DNA of 64,000 bases from NCBI GenBank assembly GCA_964016885.1, contig OZ024757.1, forward strand, positions 31,186,001 through 31,250,000. The letters run 5' to 3'. Positions within the stretch are counted from its first letter, which is position 1, and each line of letters begins with the position of its first letter. The notes below the pieces were generated by a model. The model was not told the origin of the DNA and ran no database searches. It saw nothing but the letters and a program-made list of their open reading frames with translations. Both the position numbers and the translations under genes were made by a program. This document shows positions 58,248-64,000 of this stretch, piece by piece. Source of the stretch: Eledone cirrhosa (Eukaryota).

Positions 58248-58250
<3 letters not shown>
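57908..58250. mobile_element. 343-bp fully palindromic element flanked by (TA)n
   Basis: Arms begin aagaaagtacatttct and end agaaatgtactttctt. Central loop at ~58076-58080. Each arm holds a decayed hammerhead (tttactt-TTGATTA-..-GAAA-tcgg-TA-aagtaaa). Confidence 0.8.
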
Positions 58251-58289
<39 letters not shown>

Positions 58290-58346
58290 TATATATATAT
58301 ATATACTCAATGTACACGGTAGTTGAGAATGTTGGTATTTCACTTT

Positions 58347-58426
<80 letters not shown>

Positions 58427-58444
58427 GAGTGTGTGTGTGTGTGT

Positions 58445-58600
58445 AAAAGGTAAACAGAAATAACAGCATAATCGGTACAGTATATGGAAGAAATTTAATA
58501 GTTTCACTCTTGAAATACCAGGAAGAGGGTCTTAACGTTTCGGACGCTAGTCCTTCACCAGCAGAAAGAATAAGACACTAGAACGATTGAAGGGACGGAT
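58445..58600 (-). mobile_element. Penelope-like terminus with hammerhead core variant CTGGTGA
   Basis: CTGGTGA-a ggac tagc gtcc-GAAA-cgtt (58561-58533). Homologous to 56635-56500. Confidence 0.7.
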
Positions 58601-58787
58601 ATATATATACACATATAAGGGATAACAAAATATCGTTATAGGTAATCCAGTTAGAGGTTGTGAATACTTCTTATTATGGATAGTTTTAGCGTACGGCGTT
58701 GTTTAACTCAACAAGAGGTTTACTTAGGTGGCGAGTTTATGATTTCACTTGTGTTCCTGTGTAAGTTTATCTTGGAGTAATAACATT

Positions 58788-58847
58788 GAAAGAGTGAAGA
58801 GTAACATAGTCAACAGTACTGTTGACCATGTTATTCTTCACTCTTTC
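58788..58847. repeat. 60-bp near-perfect spacerless palindrome
   Basis: gaaagagtgaagagtaacatagtcaacagt|actgttgaccatgttattcttcactctttc. Confidence 0.85.
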
Positions 58848-59075
58848 TCTTTCTCTTTCTCTCTCTATATATATATTTATTTATTTAGGTTTGTTGGTTC
58901 ACCACTGGATAGAACTGGTCATTCTATATCGTCAACCTTGATGTAATATTAGGGAGAGGACTCGACATAATGCAACTCACCCGTCTTGGTTTGTGTAGTT
59001 GTTGGTGCGAGTACGGAGTTAATTATTATAAAATAACAGGAGGCTGGACTGATGTAATTCCTTAAAAGGTTTATT

Positions 59076-59133
59076 ATACTATGGTCATTTCAATTACCGG
59101 GTTCAGTATAAATCCGGTGACATCATCAGGTAT
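59076..59133 (-). ncRNA. Type I hammerhead ribozyme motif followed by AATAAA
   Basis: atac-CTGATGA-..accgg..ccggt..-GAAA-tgacca-TA-gtat-AATAAA. The tail to ~58880 carries GTCGAGTCCTC and AACCAACAAAC. Confidence 0.75.
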
Positions 59134-59560
59134 TCGAAATATAACAAAGCAATATAATAGACAAAATCCATGGGGCTGAAAATCAGAGACATGAGGGCGA
59201 CCGAACATTTAGCAGCTTCTACCCCGGTCGGCCGCCCTCAAGTGGTATATATATAATGTACAATATAGTTGGGTGTACAGTAGGTATTTCATTTGATATA
59301 TACATAAATAAGACCGTTATTGCTCCAATCAGTCTTCTAATCGTCAGCAAACACCCTAAACTGAACACCAGACGCTACCCACGACTTCTGCCAAACCAAA
59401 CCCTGCTCAACCTCCAAATACGGCAAATGCGGATATCCCATCCTCCAAGAATCGGCATACGTAACAGGACCTCAACAGCCACCTGATTGGGAAGGAAATG
59501 TTTACCAATGTACACTATGTACTCTATATTTGGGCATGTCGGTTTGCATTTGATATATTC

Positions 59561-59601
<41 letters not shown>

Positions 59602-59616
59602 TAGGTATTACATTTG

Positions 59617-59647
<31 letters not shown>

Positions 59648-60024
59648 TATAGTAGGTATTTCATTTGATATATATATATATGTACATATATGTATATATA
59701 TATATATATATGATGTATATGTGTATATATATAAATATGATGTATATGTGTATATATATATATATGATCTATAGGTATATAAATATATATATGTATATAA
59801 ATATGTATAAATATATATATATATGGTATACATATACGATATATATAAATATGATGTATATGTATATATGTATATATATTATATATATATATATGATATA
59901 TATATATATATGATATATAAATATATATGATATATAAATATATATATATATATGATATATATATATATATGATATATATATATATGATATATATATATAT
60001 ATGATATATAAATATATATATGTA

Positions 60025-60067
<43 letters not shown>

Positions 60068-60429
60068 TAAATATGATATATATGTATATGTATATATATA
60101 TGATGTATATGTATATATATATATATATGATGTATATATATATATATGATGTATATGTATATATATGATATATATATATAAATATGATGTATATGTATAT
60201 ATATATGTATATATATATATATATATATGATATATATATATATAAATATGATGTATATGTATATATATATATATGATATATATATATATAAATATGATGT
60301 ATATGTATATATATATATATATAAATATGATGTATATATATATATATATATATGATTTGTATATGTATATATATCTATATGATTTGTATATGTATATATA
60401 TATGATTTATATATATATATATATATATG

Positions 60430-60470
<41 letters not shown>

Positions 60471-60484
60471 GATATGATATATAT

Positions 60485-60595
60485 ATATATATTATTAGAA
60501 ATGTAAGCTATCGCTGTATTTTGACTAAAGAAATTAAAGAAATTATTTAGCCTGATAGTGGGGTTAAGAACCCTCGGAGAAATGGAAAAAGATAT
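60485..60595 (-). mobile_element. Body of the family 3 tRNA-headed element
   Basis: gagggttct.aacccca.tatcaggctaaa..ttctttagtc is shared with 8155-8197. Confidence 0.7.
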
Positions 60596-60596
60596 G

Positions 60597-60664
<68 letters not shown>

Positions 60665-60743
60665 GTGATGTGTATATATATATATATATGATATATATAT
60701 ATATATGTAAATAGGATGTATATATATATAAATAGAACGTATG

Positions 60744-60794
<51 letters not shown>

Positions 60795-60938
60795 TGTATA
60801 TATATATATATATATATATGATATATATATATGTAAATAGGATGTATATATATATATATATAAATATGATGTGTATATATATATATATATGATATATATA
60901 TATATATGTAAATAGGATGCACATATATATAAATAGGT

Positions 60939-61020
<82 letters not shown>

Positions 61021-61374
61021 TATATATATATACACATATATATATATATATATAAGTATACGAAACTAGTCGAAGAGAATCGGCCTAAAGATATTTGTTT
61101 GTATTCATACCATATGTCTACTATACACACATACATACATACACACATACATACATACACACACACACACATACATATAGACACACATACATACATATAG
61201 ACACACATACACACACACACATATATATATATATACACAATCTTACATGAGGTATATATTTAAACATTTGTGTGACTGATGTTTCAATGTCAGTTATCCG
61301 ACATTCTGAACAGATATGTATATATGATACTTGGTAGAGTCCCTCGGGCGTCCTTGTTACACAGCACCGCCCCG

Positions 61375-63050
61375 CCGCCACCACCATCATCACCATCACC
61401 ACCATCACCACCACCACCATCACCACCACCACCATCATCATCATCACCATCACCACCACCACCGCCATCACCACCACCATCATCATCATCATCACCATCA
61501 CCACCACCACCGCCATCACCACCGCCATCACCATCATCACCACCATCACCACCACCGCCATCATCACCACCATCACCACCACCACCACCATCACCATCAT
61601 CACCACCATCACTATCATCACCATCAGCACGACCACCACCATCATCGTCAATATCACCGTCAGAAACATGTCATCGCCACCATCATCATCAGAAACGTCT
61701 GTCATCGACATCACCATCACCACCACCACCACCACCCCCATTACCATCACCATCGTCGCCATCACCATCATCACCATCATCGCCATCACCATCACCGCCA
61801 TCGCCATCACCGCCATCGCCATCACCAACATCACCACCACCATACCTACCATCACCACCACCATCACCATCATCCCCACCACCATCATCATCATCATGGT
61901 GATGATGGCAGCAACGATAATGATGGTGGGGGCGATGAGGGTGATAGCGGCGATGGTAGTGATGATGGTGGTGATGGTGATGATGGGAGTGATGGTGGTG
62001 GCAACGATAGAGATGTTTCTGATACTGATGATGATGGTGGCAATGGCGATGATGGTGATGGTGGTGGTGGTGGTGGTGGTGATGGTGGTGATGGCGGTGA
62101 TGGCGATGACAATGGGAGGGGGTGATAGTGGGTGTTAGGGCCGGGGTGATGAAGATGATGATGATGATAATCCTGACGATGATGACCATGGTCATGATGG
62201 TGATGGTGATGGTGATAAAGGTGATGGTGATGGTGGTTCTATTAGCCTCCAGCCTTTGTTCGTTATCTATTTTCACATGTCCACCACCCACTACATACCA
62301 TTCACCACCACCACCACCATTACCTTCATTAGCACTAACACCCCCACCACCACCAGCACCGCCATTAACACCACCACCACCAACAACACCACCACCATTA
62401 ACACCACCACCATTAACGCCACCACCATTAACACCAACACCACCAGCACCAACATCACCACCACCACCACAACTAACACTACCACCATTACTCACACTAC
62501 CACCATTACTAACACAATCAACCGCCACCACCATTAACACCACCAACACCACCATTAACACCACCACCACCACCGCCGCCATCACCAACGCCACCATTAA
62601 CACCACCACCACTACCACCGCTACCACTACCACCAACACCACCACCAACACCACTACCACCAACACCACCACCACCACCACCACCACCACCAACACCACC
62701 AACACCACCACCACCATTAACACCAACACCACCAGCACCAACATCACCACCACCACCACAACTAACACTACCACCATTACTAACACAGTCAACCGCCACC
62801 ACCATTAACACAACCAACACCACCATTAACACCACCACCACCATTAACACCACCACCACCACTATCATTGCCAACACCACCATCACCAACACCACCATTA
62901 ACACCACCGCCATCACCAACACCACCACCACTACCACCACCAACAACAACACCACTACCACCAACAACACCACTACCACCACCACCACCACCACCAACAC
63001 CACCACCACCACCAACACCACCACCAACACCACCACCACTACTTCCACTA
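61375..63050. repeat. (CAC/CAT)n, then (GAT/GGT)n, then (CAC/AAC)n tracts
   Basis: Strand switches at ~61896 and ~62240-62280. Confidence 0.95.
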
Positions 63051-63218
63051 AATATAATTTCTGGCAGTTCTTTTTTAATGGTAAACGAACTCTGTCTAAA
63101 TACGTCAATGACTTCTGTTGAACAGCACACACCTACACACACACACACATATATATATATAGATATATAGATATATAGAGATATACATACATATACACAC
63201 ACATACAGATGCATACGC

Positions 63219-63252
<34 letters not shown>

Positions 63253-63444
63253 ATATACAGGCGCATACAGATACATACACATAGATATACATGCATATAA
63301 ATACACGCATATACATACACACACATACACATACACACACACATATATATATAAATATACACATACACGTACATACAGATACACACAGGCATATACATAC
63401 ACACGCACGTATATACATACACACACACGTACACGCGTATACAT

Positions 63445-63499
<55 letters not shown>

Positions 63500-63787
63500 A
63501 GTACGCGCTTGATAGACTAACTTCTAGCACACACCCTCATACACCCAAATACAAGCCAGCATACCCGCCCCCTACAAACACACACAAGTGTGGGTCGGGA
63601 CACATATATATATATATATATATACATACGTATCATGTGTGTGAGTGTGTTTGTCTGTGTGTGTGTATATATATATATATATGTATATATATGTGTGTGT
63701 GGAGGTATTGGATGAAGAGAAAGAAAGTATTTATATATCAAAGTGTGTAGATATATGCGAGCATATATATATATATATATATGTGTA

Positions 63788-63819
<32 letters not shown>

Positions 63820-63883
63820 CAAACACACATATATATATAAATATATATATGTGTTTGTATATATATATATATATATATATATA

Positions 63884-63965
<82 letters not shown>

Positions 63966-64000
63966 TATTTACAAACACACATATATATATAAATATATAT

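Noticed and set aside
61279-62808. Extensin-like or His-rich proteins
   Set aside because: Trinucleotide repeats that are open in several frames on both strands.

Overview
Repeat-saturated, AT-rich eukaryotic DNA. The SINE families and extreme microsatellite load suggest an octopod cephalopod; this is an inference. No host protein-coding gene can be called with confidence, and almost every ORF in the track is a translated microsatellite. Real coding homology is limited to non-LTR retrotransposons: a 5'-truncated RTE with an open RT and three C2H2 fingers (15437-17407), two further RTE 3' ends, two R4/Dong-like RLE fragments and two L1/Tx1-like 3' ends. The window also holds two abundant tRNA-derived SINE families, a third tRNA-headed element, two mariner-like MITEs, and a ~9-10 kb tandem duplication around a 200-N gap that is probably two haplotypes. 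The main discovery lies in the short unique islands between (TA)n tracts. They contain 14 type I hammerhead-ribozyme motifs with intact CUGANGA/GAAA cores (13 excluding the duplicate) and about 8 degenerate ones, from several families that are unrelated in sequence. The folds were made by eye. These resemble Penelope pseudo-LTR or retrozyme elements. They sit in (TA)n, often form long asymmetric hairpins with a ribozyme on each strand, and share a GAGTGCT-like motif 35-80 nt before the 3' (TA)n junction. Ribozyme activity, family assignment and novelty all need testing.
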